Virus record (IMG/VR): IMGVR_UViG_2693429622_000002
DNA length: 29,630 bases
Reading direction: 5' to 3' (one strand)
From: a virus
Taxonomy: Duplodnaviria; Heunggongvirae; Uroviricota; Caudoviricetes
Shown: piece by piece, positions 11,659-22,698 of the stretch
Position numbering within the stretch: position 1 is the stretch's first letter
Layout: each line of letters begins with the position of its first letter
Position numbers and translations under genes: made by a program
The notes under the pieces: model-generated
The model's input: only the letters and a program-made list of their open reading frames with translations
Databases searched by the model: none
What the model was told of the DNA's origin: nothing

Positions 11659-14212
11659 ACCGGTAGGCGATCTGGTCGTTGATTTGAGTCTGGATGCGGC
11701 CAGATTTGACGAGCAGATGGCCAGAGTCAGGCGTCATTTTTCCGGTACGGAAAGTGATGCGAAAAAAACAGCGGCAGTCGTTGAACAGTCGCTGAGCCGA
11801 CAGGCGCTGGCTGCACAGAAAGCGGGGATTTCCGTCGGGCAGTATAAAGCCGCCATGCGTATGCTGCCTGCACAGTTCACCGACGTGGCCACGCAGCTTG
11901 CAGGGGGGCAGAATCCCTGGCTGATCCTGCTGCAACAGGGTGGTCAGGTTAAGGACTCCTTCGGCGGGATGATCCCCATGTTCAGGGGGCTTGCCGGCGC
12001 GATCACCCTGCCGATGGTGGGGGCCACCTCGCTGGCGGTGGCGACCGGTGCGCTGGCGTATGCCTGGTATCAGGGCAACTCAACCCTGTCCGATTTCAAC
12101 AAAACGCTGGTCCTTTCCGGTAATCAGGCGGGACTGACGGCAGATCGTATGCTGGTCCTGTCCAGAGCCGGGCAGGCGGCAGGGCTGACGTTTAACCAGA
12201 CCAGCGAGTCACTCAGCGCACTGGTTAAGGCGGGGGTAAGCGGTGAGGCTCAGATTGCGTCCATCAGCCAGAGTGTGGCGCGTTTCTCCTATGCATCCGG
12301 CGTGGAGGTGGACAAGGTCGCTGAAGCCTTCGGGAAGCTGACCACAGACCCGACGTCGGGGCTGACGGCGATGGCACGCCAGTTCCATAACGTGACGGCG
12401 GAGCAGATTGCGTATGTTGCTCAGTTGCAGCGTTCCGGCGATGAAGCCGGGGCATTGCAGGCGGCGAACGAGGCCGCAACGAAAGGGTTTGATGACCAGA
12501 CCCGCCGCCTGAAAGAGAACATGGGCACGCTGGAGACCTGGGCAGACAGGACTGCACGTGCATTCAAATCCATGTGGGATGCGGTGCTGGATATTGGTCG
12601 TCCTGATACCGCGCAGGAGATGCTGATTAAGGCAGAGGCTGCGTTTAAGAAAGCAGACGACATCTGGAATCTGCGCAAGGATGATTATTTCGTTAACGAT
12701 GAAGCACGGGCGCGTTACTGGGATGATCGTGAAAAAAAACGCCTGGAGCGGGATGCAGCCCAAAAGAGGGTAGATCAACAGCGTCAACAGGACAAAAATG
12801 CGCAGCAGCAGAGCGATACCGAAGCGTCACGGCTGAAATATACCGAAGAGGCGCAGAAGGCTTACGAACGGCTGCAGACGCCGCTGGAGAAATATACCGC
12901 CCGTCAGGAAGAACTGAACAAGGCACTGAAAGACGGAAAAATCCTGCAGGCAGATTACAACACGCTGATGGCGGCGGCGAAAAAGGATTATGAAGCGACG
13001 CTGAAAAAGCCGAAACAGTCCGGCGTGAAGGTGTATGCGGGCGATCGTCAGGAAGACAGTGCTCATGCGGCCCTGCTGACGCTTCAGGCAGAACTCCGGA
13101 CGCTGGAGAAGCATGCCGGAGCGAATGAGAAAATCAGCCAGCAGCGCCGGGATTTGTGGAAGGCAGAAAGTCAGTTCGCGGTACTGGAGGAGGCGGCACA
13201 ACGTCGCCAGCTGTCCGCACAGGAGAAATCCCTGCTGGCGCATAAAGACGAGACGCTGGAGTACAAACGCCAGCTGGCTGCACTTGGTGACAAGGTTACG
13301 TATCAGGAGCACCTGAATGCGCTGGCGCAGCAGGCGGATAAATTCGCACAGCAGCAACGGGCAAAACGGGCAGCCATTGATGCGAAAAACCGGGGGCTGA
13401 CTGACCGGCAGGCAGCGCGGGAAGCCACGGAACAGCGCCTGAAGGAACAGTATGGCGATAATCCTCTGGCGCTGAATAACGTCATGTCAGAGCAGAAAAA
13501 GACCTGGGCGGCTGAAGACCAGCTTCGCGGGAGCTGGATGGCAGGCCTGAAGTCCGGCTGGAGTGAGTGGGAAGAGAGCGCCACGGACAGTATGTCACAG
13601 GTTAAAAGTGCAGCCACGCAGACCTTTGATGGTATTGCACAGAATATGGCGGCGATGCTGACCGGCAGTGAACAGAACTGGCGCAGCTTCACCCGCTCCG
13701 TGCTGTCCATGATGACAGAAATTCTGCTTAAGCAGGCAATGGTGGGGATTGTCGGGAGTATCGGCAGCGCCATTGGCGGGGCTGTTGGTGGCGGCGCATC
13801 CGCGTCAGGTGGTACAGCCATTCAGGCCGCTGCGGTGAAATTCCATTTTGCAACCGGGGGATTTACGGGAACCGGCGGCAAATATGAGCCAGCGGGGATT
13901 GTTCACCGTGGTGAATTTGTCTTCACGAAGGAGGCAACCAGCCGGATTGGCGTGGGGAATCTCTACCGGCTGATGCGCGGCTATGCGGAAGGTGGTTATG
14001 TGGGCGGTGCCGGAAGTCCGGCGCAGATGCGGCGGGCTGAAGGCATTAATTTTAATCAGAACAATCACGTGGTGATTCAGAACGACGGTACGAATGGTCT
14101 GCCAGGTCCACAGATGATGAAGGCCGTGTATGACATGGCCCGCAAGGGTGCCCGTGATGAAATTCAGACACAGATGCGTGATGGTGGCCTGTTCTCCGGA
14201 GGTGGACGATGA
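11651..14212 (+). CDS. H: Tail tape measure protein H (853 aa)
   Basis: 853 aa as in lambda gpH; helical Ala/Gln/Glu-rich centre and Gly-rich C-terminal region. Confidence 0.95.
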   Translation: MAEPVGDLVVDLSLDAARFDEQMARVRRHFSGTESDAKKTAAVVEQSLSRQALAAQKAGISVGQYKAAMRMLPAQFTDVATQLAGGQNPWLILLQQGGQVKDSFGGMIPMFRGLAGAITLPMVGATSLAVATGALAYAWYQGNSTLSDFNKTLVLSGNQAGLTADRMLVLSRAGQAAGLTFNQTSESLSALVKAGVSGEAQIASISQSVARFSYASGVEVDKVAEAFGKLTTDPTSGLTAMARQFHNVTAEQIAYVAQLQRSGDEAGALQAANEAATKGFDDQTRRLKENMGTLETWADRTARAFKSMWDAVLDIGRPDTAQEMLIKAEAAFKKADDIWNLRKDDYFVNDEARARYWDDREKKRLERDAAQKRVDQQRQQDKNAQQQSDTEASRLKYTEEAQKAYERLQTPLEKYTARQEELNKALKDGKILQADYNTLMAAAKKDYEATLKKPKQSGVKVYAGDRQEDSAHAALLTLQAELRTLEKHAGANEKISQQRRDLWKAESQFAVLEEAAQRRQLSAQEKSLLAHKDETLEYKRQLAALGDKVTYQEHLNALAQQADKFAQQQRAKRAAIDAKNRGLTDRQAAREATEQRLKEQYGDNPLALNNVMSEQKKTWAAEDQLRGSWMAGLKSGWSEWEESATDSMSQVKSAATQTFDGIAQNMAAMLTGSEQNWRSFTRSVLSMMTEILLKQAMVGIVGSIGSAIGGAVGGGASASGGTAIQAAAVKFHFATGGFTGTGGKYEPAGIVHRGEFVFTKEATSRIGVGNLYRLMRGYAEGGYVGGAGSPAQMRRAEGINFNQNNHVVIQNDGTNGLPGPQMMKAVYDMARKGARDEIQTQMRDGGLFSGGGR

Positions 14213-14538
14213 AAACCTTCCGCTGGAAAGTGAAACCCGGTATGGATGTGGCTTCGGCCCCTTCTGTAAGAAAGGTGCGCTTTGGTGATGGCTATTCCCA
14301 GCGAGCGCCTGCCGGGCTGAATGCCAACCTGAAAACGTACAGCGTGACGCTTTCTGTCCCCCGTGAGGAGGCCATGGTACTGGAGTCGTTTCTGGAAGAG
14401 CACGGGGGCTGGAAAGCCTTTCTGTGGACGCCGCCTTATGAGTGGCGGCAGATAAAGGTGACCTGCGCAAAATGGTCGTCGCGGGTCAGTATGCTGCGTG
14501 TTGAGTTCAGCGCAGAGTTTGAACAGGTGGTGAACTGA
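14209..14538 (+). CDS. M: Tail tip protein M (109 aa)
   Basis: 109 aa, overlaps H stop, lambda synteny. Confidence 0.9.
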   Translation: MKTFRWKVKPGMDVASAPSVRKVRFGDGYSQRAPAGLNANLKTYSVTLSVPREEAMVLESFLEEHGGWKAFLWTPPYEWRQIKVTCAKWSSRVSMLRVEFSAEFEQVVN

Positions 14539-15236
14539 TGCAGGATATCCGGCAGGAAACACTGAATGAATGCACCCGTGCGGAGCAGTCGGCCAGCGTG
14601 GTGCTCTGGGAAATCGATCTGACAGAGGTCGGTGGAGAACGTTATTTTTTCTGTAATGAGCAGAACGAAAAAGGTGAGCCGGTCACCTGGCAGGGGCGAC
14701 AGTATCAGCCGTATCCCATTCAGGGGAGTGGTTTTGAACTGAATGGCAAAGGCACCAGTACGCGCCCCACGCTGATGGTTTCTAACCTGTACGGTATGGT
14801 CACCGGGATGGCGGAAGATCTACAGAGTCTGGTCGGCGGAACGGTGGTCCGGCGTAAGGTTTACGCCCGTTTTCTGGATGCGGTGAACTTCGTCAACGGA
14901 AACAGTGACGCCGATCCGGAGCAGGAGGTGATCAGCCGCTGGCGCATTGAGCAGTGCAGCGAACTGAGCGCGGTGAGTGCCTCTTTTGTACTGTCCACGC
15001 CGACGGAAACAGATGGCGCTGTTTTTCCGGGACGTATCATGCTGGCCAACACCTGCACCTGGACCTATCGCGGCGATGAGTGCGGTTATCACGGTCCGGC
15101 GGTCGCGGATGAATATGACCAGCCAACGTCCGACATCACGAAGGATAAATGCAGCAAATGCCTGAGTGGCTGTAAGTTTCGCAATAACGTCGGCAACTTT
15201 GGCGGCTTCCTTTCCATTAACAAACTTTCGCAGTAA
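14538..15236 (+). CDS. L: Tail tip protein L (232 aa)
   Basis: 232 aa, ATGA overlap with M, lambda synteny. Confidence 0.9.
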   Translation: MQDIRQETLNECTRAEQSASVVLWEIDLTEVGGERYFFCNEQNEKGEPVTWQGRQYQPYPIQGSGFELNGKGTSTRPTLMVSNLYGMVTGMAEDLQSLVGGTVVRRKVYARFLDAVNFVNGNSDADPEQEVISRWRIEQCSELSAVSASFVLSTPTETDGAVFPGRIMLANTCTWTYRGDECGYHGPAVADEYDQPTSDITKDKCSKCLSGCKFRNNVGNFGGFLSINKLSQ

Positions 15237-15241
15237 ATCCC

Positions 15242-15985
15242 ATGACAGAGACAGAATCAGCGATTCTGGCGCACGCCCGGCGATGTGCTCCAGCGGAGTC
15301 GTGCGGCTTCGTGGTAAGAACGCCGGAGGGGGAAAGATATTTCCCCTGCGTGAATATCTCCGGTGAGCCGGAGGCGTATTTCCGTATGTCGCCGGAAGAC
15401 TGGCTGCAGGCAGAGATGCAGGGTGAGATTGTGGCACTGGTCCACAGCCACCCCGGTGGTCTGCCCTGGCTGAGTGAGGCCGACCGGCGGCTGCAGGTGC
15501 AGAGTGATTTGCCGTGGTGGCTGGTCTGCCGGGGGGCGATTCACAAGTTCCGCTGTGTGCCACATCTTACCGGGCGGCGCTTTGAGCACGGGGTGACGGA
15601 CTGTTACACGCTGTTCCGGGATGCTTACCATCTGGCGGGGATTGAGATGCCGGATTTTCATCGTGAGGATGACTGGTGGCGTCACGGTCAGAATCTCTAT
15701 CTGGATAATCTGGAGGCCACAGGGCTGTATCAGGTGCCGTTGTCAGCGGCGCAGCCGGGCGATGTGCTGCTGTGCTGTTTTGGTTCATCGGTGCCGAATC
15801 ATGCCGCCATTTACTGTGGTGACGGCGAGCTGCTGCACCATATTCCTGAACAACTGAGCAAACGAGAGAGGTATACCGACAAATGGCAGCGACGCACACA
15901 CTCCCTCTGGCGTCACCGGGCATGGCACGCATCTGCCTTTACGGGGATTTGCAACGATTTGGCCGCCGCATCGACCTTCGTGTGA
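15242..15985 (+). CDS. K: Tail tip assembly protein K with JAMM/MPN-like and NlpC/P60-like motifs (247 aa ORF; alternative start at 15386 gives the 199-aa form I recall for lambda)
   Basis: HSHPGGLPWLSEAD (H-x-H-x7-S-x2-D, JAMM-like) and Cys/His pattern (TDCYTLF, NHAAIYCGDGELLHH) consistent with NlpC/P60; true start codon uncertain. Confidence 0.85.
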   Translation: MTETESAILAHARRCAPAESCGFVVRTPEGERYFPCVNISGEPEAYFRMSPEDWLQAEMQGEIVALVHSHPGGLPWLSEADRRLQVQSDLPWWLVCRGAIHKFRCVPHLTGRRFEHGVTDCYTLFRDAYHLAGIEMPDFHREDDWWRHGQNLYLDNLEATGLYQVPLSAAQPGDVLLCCFGSSVPNHAAIYCGDGELLHHIPEQLSKRERYTDKWQRRTHSLWRHRAWHASAFTGICNDLAAASTFV

Positions 15986-16554
15986 AAACGGGTGCCGAAG
16001 CCATCCGGGCGATGGCCACACAGCTCCCTGCGTTTCGTCAGAAGCTGAGCGACGGCTGGTATCAGGTGCGTATTGCCGGGCAGGATGTTAGCACGTCCGG
16101 ATTAACGGCACAGTTACATGAGGCTCTGCCTGACGGCGCTGTGATTCATATTGTTCCCAGAGTCGCCGGGGCCAAGTCAGGTGGTGTATTCCAGATTGTC
16201 CTGGGAGCAGCCGCCATTGCCGGATCATTCTTTACCGCCGGAGCCACCCTTGCAGCATGGGGGGCTGCCATTGGTGCCGGTGGTATGACCGGCATTCTGT
16301 TTTCTCTCGGTGCCAGTATGGTGCTCGGCGGTGTGGCTCAGATGCTGGCACCGAAAGCCAGAACTCCCCGCACACAGACAACGGATAACGGTAAGCAGAA
16401 CACCTATTTCTCCTCACTGGATAACATGGTTGCCCAGGGCAATGTTATGCCTGTTCTGTATGGTGAAATGCGCGTGGGGTCACGTGTGGTATCTCAGGAG
16501 ATCAGCACGGCAGACGAAGGGGACGGTGGTCAGGTTGTGGTGATTGGTCGCTGA
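15883..16554 (+). CDS. I: Tail tip assembly protein I (223 aa)
   Basis: 223 aa; overlaps the 3' end of K by about 100 bp in another frame as in lambda. Confidence 0.9.
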   Translation: MAATHTLPLASPGMARICLYGDLQRFGRRIDLRVKTGAEAIRAMATQLPAFRQKLSDGWYQVRIAGQDVSTSGLTAQLHEALPDGAVIHIVPRVAGAKSGGVFQIVLGAAAIAGSFFTAGATLAAWGAAIGAGGMTGILFSLGASMVLGGVAQMLAPKARTPRTQTTDNGKQNTYFSSLDNMVAQGNVMPVLYGEMRVGSRVVSQEISTADEGDGGQVVVIGR

Positions 16555-16614
16555 TGCAAAATGTTTTATGTGAAATCGCCTCCGGGCGGTTTTATCGTTT
16601 ATGGAGCATGACGA

Positions 16615-19600
16615 ATGGGTAAAGGCAGCAGTAAGGGGCATACCCCGCGCGAAGCGAAGGACAACCTGAAGTCCACGCAGCTGCTGAGTGTGATCGATGC
16701 CATCAGCGAAGGGCCGGTTGAAGGTCCGGTGGATGGATTAAAAAGCGTGCTGCTGAACAGTACGCCGGTGCTGGACAGTGAGGGGAATACCAACATCTCC
16801 GGCGTCACGGTGGTGTTCCGGGCAGGTGAGCAGGAGCAGTCACCGCCGGAGGGATTTGAATCCTCCGGCTCCGAGACGGTGCTGGGTACGGAAGTGAAAT
16901 ATGACACGCCGATCACCCGGACCATCACGTCGGCAAACATTGACCGACTGCGTTTTACCTTCGGTGTACAGGCACTGGTGGAAACCACCTCAAAGGGAGA
17001 CAGGAATCCGTCTGAAGTTCGCCTGCTGGTTCAGATACAGCGTAACGGTGGCTGGGTGACGGAAAAAGACATCACCATTAAGGGCAAAACCACCTCGCAG
17101 TATCTGGCCTCGGTGGTGGTGGATAACCTGCCGCCGCGCCCGTTTAATATCCGGATGCGCAGAATGACGCCGGACAGCACCACAGACCAGCTGCAGAACA
17201 AAACGCTCTGGTCGTCATACACCGAAATCATCGATGTGAAACAGTGCTACCCGAACACGGCACTGGTCGGCGTACAGGTGGATTCGGAGCAGTTCGGCAG
17301 CCAGCAGGTGAGCCGTAATTATCATCTTCGCGGGCGCATTCTGCAGGTGCCGTCGAACTATAATCCGCAGACGCGGCAATACAGCGGTATCTGGGACGGA
17401 ACGTTAAAACCGGCATACAGCAACAACATGGCCTGGTGTCTGTGGGATATGCTGACCCATCCGCGCTATGGCATGGGGAAACGTCTTGGTGCGGCAGATG
17501 TGGATAAATGGGCGCTGTATGTCATCGGCCAGTACTGTGACCAGTCGGTGCCGGACGGCTTTGGCAGCACGGAGCCGCGCATCACCTGTAATGCCTGGCT
17601 GACCACACAGCGCAAGGCGTGGGATGTGCTCAGTGATTTCTGCTCGGCGATGCGCTGTATGCCGGTATGGAACGGGCAGACGCTGACGTTCGTGCAGGAC
17701 CGACAGTCGGATAAGGTGTGGGCCTATAACCGCAGTAATGTGGTGATGCCGGATGATGGCGCGCCGTTCCGCTACAGTTTCAGCGCCCTGAAAGACCGCC
17801 ATAATGCCGTTGAGGTGAACTGGATTGACCCAGATAACGGCTGGGAGACGGCGACAGAGCTTGTGGAGGATACGCAGGCCATTGCCCGTTACGGTCGTAA
17901 TGTCACGAAGATGGATGCCTTTGGCTGTACCAGCCGGGGGCAGGCACACCGCGCCGGGCTGTGGCTGATTAAAACGGAACTGCTGGAGACGCAGACCGTG
18001 GATTTCAGCGTGGGTGCTGAAGGGCTTCGTCATGTACCGGGCGATGTCATTGAAATCTGCGATGATGACTATGCCGGTATCCGCACCGGCGGGCGCGTGC
18101 TGGCGGTGAACAGCCAGACCCGGACGCTGACGCTCGACCGTGAAATCACGCTGCCATCCTCCGGCACCACGCTGATAAGCCTGGTTGACGGGCAGGGGAA
18201 TCCGGTCAGCGTGGAGGTCCAGTCCGTCACCGACGGCGTGAAGGTAAAAGTGAGCCGTGTTCCTGACGGTGTTGCTGAATACAGCGTGTGGGGGCTGAAG
18301 CTGCCGACGCTGCACCAGCGATTGTTCCGCTGCGTGAGTATCCGTGAGAACGACGACGGCACGTATGCCATCACCGCCGTGCAGCATGTGCCGGAAAAAG
18401 AAGCCATCGTGGATAACGGGGCGCACTTTGACGGCGACCAGAGCGGCACGGTGAATGGTGTCACGCCGCCAGCGGTGCAGCACCTGACTGCCGAAGTCAC
18501 CGCAGACAGCGGGGAATATCAGGTGCTGGCGCGCTGGGACACGCCGAAGGTGGTGAAGGGCGTGAGCTTCCTGCTCCGTCTGACCGTAACAGCGGATGAC
18601 GGCAGTGAGCGGCTGGTCAGCACGGCCCGGACGACGGAAACCACTTACCGCTTCACACAACTGGCGCTGGGGAACTACAGGCTGACAGTCCGGGCAGTAA
18701 ATGCGTGGGGGCAGCAGGGCGATCCGGCGTCGGTATCGTTCCGGATTGCCGCACCGGCAGCGCTGTCGCGGATTGAGCTGACGCCGGGCTATTTTCAGAT
18801 AACCGCCACGCCGCATCTTGCGGTTTATGATCCGACGGTACAGTTTGAGTTCTGGTTCTCGGAAAAGCGGATTGCGGATATCAGGCAGGTTGAAACCACA
18901 GCACGCTATCTTGGCACGGCGCTGTACTGGATAGCCGCCAGTATCAATATCAAACCGGGCCATGATTATTACTTTTATATCCGCAGTGTGAACACCGTTG
19001 GCAAATCGGCATTCGTGGAGGCTGTTGGTCAGCCGAGTGATGATGCATCCGGTTATCTGGATTTTTTCAAAGGCGAGATAGGGAAAACCCATCTGGCTCA
19101 GGAGCTGTGGACGCAGATTGATAACGGTCAGCTTGCGCCTGACCTGGCTGAAATCAGGACGTCCATTACGGATGTCAGCAATGAAATCACGCAGACCGTC
19201 AATAAGAAACTGGAAGACCAGAGTGCGGCAATTCAGCAGATACAGAAGGTTCAGGTTGATACAAATAATAACCTGAACAGCATGTGGGCTGTGAAGCTGC
19301 AGCAGATGCAGGACGGACGCCTTTATATCGCGGGTATTGGTGCCGGTATTGAGAACACCCCTGACGGCATGCAGAGTCAGGTGCTGCTGGCGGCGGACAG
19401 GATTGCGATGGTTAATCCTGCGAATGGCAACACAAAACCGATGTTTGTTGGTCAGGGCGATCAGATATTCATGAACGACGTGTTCCTGAAACGCCTGACG
19501 GCCCCCACCATTACCAGCGGTGGAAATCCATCGGCATTTTCCCTGACTCCGGACGGAAAGCTGACCGCTAAAAATGCGGATATCAGTGGCAGTGTGAATG

Positions 19601-20112
19601 CGAACGCCGGGACGCTCAACAATGTCACGGTAAATGAAAACTGTACGATTAAGGGCATGCTGGAGGCGACTCAGGTCAGAGGTGACTTCGTTAAAGCTGT
19701 ATCCAAATCATTTCCGAAACAGGCTGGTACGTGGGGTAACACGGAAACACCAAACGGGACGGTTACAGTCACCATAAGCGATGATCATAACTTTGACCGC
19801 CAGATTATTATTCCGCCCATTATTTTTAACGGTATAGCGTATGACGATCCGGGGAGCGGAAATAACCCAGGAGGCACGCGATACACGGGTTATGGTTTTG
19901 AAGTTCGCAAAAACGGCGTATTAATCGCATCCAGAGAAACTAAAGGTGCCATTCCCGGTAGTTACAGTGCAGTTATTGATATGCCTAGTGGTGGTGGTAG
20001 CGTCACTCTGGAGTTTAAGATTTTCCAGAAAGGCAATCAGGGGGCAGGCAATATCACCGACTGTACGGTGATTGTGACCAAAAAAGCGGCTTCCGGCATC
20101 AGTATTCGTTGA
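16615..20112 (+). CDS. J: Central tail fibre / host specificity protein J (1165 aa)
   Basis: Long ORF after I with conserved J N-terminal and central regions; about 33 aa longer than the 1132-aa lambda J I recall, so the C-terminal receptor-binding region is probably different from lambda's. Confidence 0.9.
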   Translation: MGKGSSKGHTPREAKDNLKSTQLLSVIDAISEGPVEGPVDGLKSVLLNSTPVLDSEGNTNISGVTVVFRAGEQEQSPPEGFESSGSETVLGTEVKYDTPITRTITSANIDRLRFTFGVQALVETTSKGDRNPSEVRLLVQIQRNGGWVTEKDITIKGKTTSQYLASVVVDNLPPRPFNIRMRRMTPDSTTDQLQNKTLWSSYTEIIDVKQCYPNTALVGVQVDSEQFGSQQVSRNYHLRGRILQVPSNYNPQTRQYSGIWDGTLKPAYSNNMAWCLWDMLTHPRYGMGKRLGAADVDKWALYVIGQYCDQSVPDGFGSTEPRITCNAWLTTQRKAWDVLSDFCSAMRCMPVWNGQTLTFVQDRQSDKVWAYNRSNVVMPDDGAPFRYSFSALKDRHNAVEVNWIDPDNGWETATELVEDTQAIARYGRNVTKMDAFGCTSRGQAHRAGLWLIKTELLETQTVDFSVGAEGLRHVPGDVIEICDDDYAGIRTGGRVLAVNSQTRTLTLDREITLPSSGTTLISLVDGQGNPVSVEVQSVTDGVKVKVSRVPDGVAEYSVWGLKLPTLHQRLFRCVSIRENDDGTYAITAVQHVPEKEAIVDNGAHFDGDQSGTVNGVTPPAVQHLTAEVTADSGEYQVLARWDTPKVVKGVSFLLRLTVTADDGSERLVSTARTTETTYRFTQLALGNYRLTVRAVNAWGQQGDPASVSFRIAAPAALSRIELTPGYFQITATPHLAVYDPTVQFEFWFSEKRIADIRQVETTARYLGTALYWIAASINIKPGHDYYFYIRSVNTVGKSAFVEAVGQPSDDASGYLDFFKGEIGKTHLAQELWTQIDNGQLAPDLAEIRTSITDVSNEITQTVNKKLEDQSAAIQQIQKVQVDTNNNLNSMWAVKLQQMQDGRLYIAGIGAGIENTPDGMQSQVLLAADRIAMVNPANGNTKPMFVGQGDQIFMNDVFLKRLTAPTITSGGNPSAFSLTPDGKLTAKNADISGSVNANAGTLNNVTVNENCTIKGMLEATQVRGDFVKAVSKSFPKQAGTWGNTETPNGTVTVTISDDHNFDRQIIIPPIIFNGIAYDDPGSGNNPGGTRYTGYGFEVRKNGVLIASRETKGAIPGSYSAVIDMPSGGGSVTLEFKIFQKGNQGAGNITDCTVIVTKKAASGISIR

Positions 20113-20134
20113 AATATTTATAACCCCAATAAAT

Positions 20135-20160
20135 GGCGTCAGGAATGACGCCTTTTTTAT
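20135..20160 (+). terminator. Intrinsic terminator after J (GGCGTCA-GGAA-TGACGCC + TTTTTTATT)
   Basis: Perfect 7-bp GC-rich stem and U-tract read directly. Confidence 0.7.
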
Positions 20161-20182
20161 TGCAGAAAAGCGAGAGGTAATT

Positions 20183-20296
20183 ATGCGTAAAGTTTGTGCA
20201 GCCATTTTGTCCGCAGCCATTTGCCTGGCCGTATCCGGTGCGCCTGCATGGGCGTCTGAACATCAGTCCACGCTGAGCGCGGGGTATCTTCATGCC
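20183..20296 (+). CDS. lom: lom 5' fragment (outer-membrane Lom/Ail family), cut by the assembly gap
   Basis: MRKVCAAILSAAICLAVSGAPAWASEHQSTLSAGYLHA, identical to the start of the 24601 copy; runs into the N run. Confidence 0.7.
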
Positions 20297-20307
20297 NNNN
20301 NNNNNNN
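20297..20307. other. Assembly gap (11 N)
   Basis: Run of n characters in the sequence. Confidence 1.
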
Positions 20308-21641
20308 CGCCTGTCACTATTGAACTGATACCGGGGTATTTTCAGATAACGGCGGTCCCGAAACTGGCTGTATATGACCCGACGGTGCAGTTTGAGTTCT
20401 GGTTTTCGGAAAAGCGGATTGCGGATATCAGGCAGGTTGAAACCACAGCACGCTATCTTGGCACGGCGCTGTACTGGATAGCCGCCAGTATCAATATCAG
20501 GCCGGGCCATGATTATTATTTTTACGTTCGCAGTGTGAACACCGTTGGCAAATCGGCATTTGTGGAGGCCATCGGTCGGGCGAGCGATGATGCAGAAGGT
20601 TATCTGAATTTTTATAAAGGGTTGATCAATAAAACGCATCTCGGCAAGGAGTTGTGGACGCAGATTGATAACGGTCAGCTTGCGCCGGACCTGACTGAAA
20701 TCAGGACGTCCATTACGAATGTCAGCAATGAAATCACGCAAACCGTCAATAAAAAACTGGAAAATCAGAGTGCTGCAATCCAGCAGATACAGAAAGTTCA
20801 GGTTGATACAAATAATAACCTGAACAGCATGTGGGCTGTGAAGCTGCAACAGATGAAGGACGGACGCCTTTATATTGCGGGTATCGGTGCCGGTATTGAG
20901 AATACGCCAGCAGGAATGCAGAGTCAGGTGCTGCTGGCGGCAGACAGGATTGCGATGATTAATCCTGCGAATGGCAACACAAAGCCGATGTTTGTTGGTC
21001 AGGGCGATCAGATATTCATGAACGACGTGTTCCTGAAATGCCTGACGGCTCCGACCATTACCAGCGGCGGTAATCCTCCGGCATTTTCCCTGACACCTGG
21101 CGGACGGCTGACGGCGAAAAATGCCGATATCAGCGGTAACGTGAACGCGAACTCCGGGACGCTCAACAACGTCACGATTAATAAGAACTGTCGGGTTCTG
21201 GGAAAATTGTCCGCGAACCAGATTGAAGGCGATCTCGTTAAAACAGTGGGCAAACCTTTCCCACGGGACTCCCGGGCACCGGAGAGGTGGCCATCAGGGA
21301 CCATTACCGTCAGGGTTTATGACGATCAGCCGTTTGATCGGCAAATTGTTATTCCCGCGGTGGCGTTTCGCGGTGCTAAACATGAGCGGAAGAATAACAA
21401 TATTTATTCGTCATGCCGCCTGATAGTGAAGAAAAACGGTGCTGAAATTTATAACCGAACGACCCTGGATAATACGCTGATATATACGGGTGTTATTGAT
21501 ATGCCTGCCGGTCACGGTCACATGACGCTGGAGTTTTCTGTATCGGCATGGCTGGTAAATGGCTGGTATCCCACAGCAAGTATCAGCGATTTGCTGGTTG
21601 TGGTGATGAAGAAAGCCACTGCAGGCATCACGATTAGCTGA
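20308..21641 (+). CDS. J: J 3' fragment, variant allele (C-terminal about 444 aa; distinct receptor-binding tail ending ..[14 protein letters not shown])
   Basis: About 90% nucleotide identity by eye to 18778 onward in the conserved part, diverging strongly over the last 130 codons; 5' end missing at the gap. Confidence 0.8.
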
Positions 21642-21660
21642 ATTTTATAACCCAGATACG

Positions 21661-21686
21661 GGCACCAGAAATGGTGCCTTTTTTAT
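21661..21686 (+). terminator. Intrinsic terminator after variant J (GGCACC-AGAAAT-GGTGCC + TTTTTTATT)
   Basis: Stem differs in sequence from the 20135 copy but base pairing is kept (compensatory changes). Confidence 0.7.
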
Positions 21687-21708
21687 TGCAGAAAAGCGAG
21701 AGGTAATT

Positions 21709-22308
21709 ATGCGTAAAGTTTGTGCAGCCATTTTGTCCGCAGCCATTTGCCTGGCCGTATCCGGTGCGCCTGCATGGGCGTCTGAACATCAGTCCACGCT
21801 GAGCGCCGGGTATCTTCAGACCCATACTGATATGCCAGGCAGCGATGACCTGAAGGGCATTAACGTGAAATACCGTTATGAGTTTACGGACACGCTGGGG
21901 CTGATTACGTCATTCAGTTATGCCAACGCTGAAGATGAGCAAAAAACGCATTACAGCGATACCCGCTGGCATGAGGATTCCGTGCGTAACCGCTGGTTCA
22001 GCGTGATGGCGGGGCCGTCTGTGCGCGTGAATGAATGGTTCAGCGCGTATGCGATGGCGGGCGTGGCTTACAGCCGTGTGTCGACCTTCTCCGGGGATTA
22101 TCTCCGCGTAACTGACAACAAGGGGAAAACGCACGATGTGCTGACCGGAAGTGATGGCGGTCGCCACAGCAACACGTCTCTGGCGTGGGGGGCTGGCGTG
22201 CAGTTTAACCCGACCGAATCCGTGGCCATTGACCTTGCTTATGAAGGTTCCGGCAGTGGTGACTGGCGCACTGACGGTTTCATCGTGGGTGTCGGTTATA
22301 AGTTCTGA
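21709..22308 (+). CDS. lom: Outer membrane protein Lom (Ail/Lom family beta-barrel), intact, 199 aa
   Basis: Signal-peptide-like N-terminus; C-terminus AYEGSGSGDWRTDGFIVGVGYKF matches lambda Lom from memory; GAGAGG RBS. Confidence 0.9.
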   Translation: MRKVCAAILSAAICLAVSGAPAWASEHQSTLSAGYLQTHTDMPGSDDLKGINVKYRYEFTDTLGLITSFSYANAEDEQKTHYSDTRWHEDSVRNRWFSVMAGPSVRVNEWFSAYAMAGVAYSRVSTFSGDYLRVTDNKGKTHDVLTGSDGGRHSNTSLAWGAGVQFNPTESVAIDLAYEGSGSGDWRTDGFIVGVGYKF

Positions 22309-22335
22309 TTAGCCAGGTAACACAGTGTTATGACT

Positions 22336-22361
22336 GCCCGCTGGTTCAGGCGGGCTTTTTG
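22336..22361 (+). terminator. Intrinsic terminator after lom (GCCCGC-TGGTTCA-GGCGGGC + TTTTTGT)
   Basis: Read directly. Confidence 0.7.
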
Positions 22362-22371
22362 TGGGGTGAAT

Positions 22372-22698
22372 ATGGCAGTAAAGATTTCAGGTGTACTGAA
22401 AGATGGGGCGGGTAAACCTGTCGTAAATTGTGCGATTGAACTGCGGGCCAGAAGAACCAGTCCGACCGTTGTGGCACACGTTGTTGCCACTTGCGTGACG
22501 GACAATAACGGTGCTTATGTGATTGAGGCTGAGCCGGGGTATTACGAGGTTGCGCTTCACTGTAACGGCTGGCAGCCAACCCGTGTCGGGGATATTGATG
22601 TGGCACCGACTGATGCACCGGGGACACTGAACGCGTTTCTGAATGCACCAAAGGATGGTGATTTACGTCCGGAGGTGATGAAGTGTCAGCGCCAGTGA
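22372..22698 (+). pseudogene. stf: Side tail fibre stf, variant N-terminal domain, truncated after about 100 codons by an IS21-family insertion
   Basis: [12 protein letters not shown].. aligns with the start of the full stf at 25182 but diverges; reading frame leaves stf-like sequence right after ..DLRPE and stops at 22698 inside the IS-like DNA. Confidence 0.7.

Larger units (their letters stand above)
18519..20296 (+). repeat. Exact 1778-bp direct repeat, copy 1 (J 3' end + terminator + lom 5' end)
   Basis: Identical to 22937-24714 by direct comparison (offset 4418); copy 1 ends at the first N run, copy 2 begins just after the second N run. Confidence 0.85.

Noticed and set aside
14820-15563. 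247-aa minus-strand ORF
   Set aside because: Antisense to L and K; Arg/Pro/Ala-rich nonsense composition.
17404-19092. 562-aa ORF on the minus strand
   Set aside because: Lies entirely antisense to J, a conserved lambda gene; product is Arg/Pro/Cys-rich low-complexity text typical of spurious antisense frames in GC-rich coding DNA.
22330-22371. Upstream ATG start for the stf N-terminal ORFs (22330, and GTG 25176 for the full copy)
   Set aside because: These starts fall inside the lom terminator hairpin and U-tract; the conserved MAVKISG N-terminus begins at the downstream ATG.
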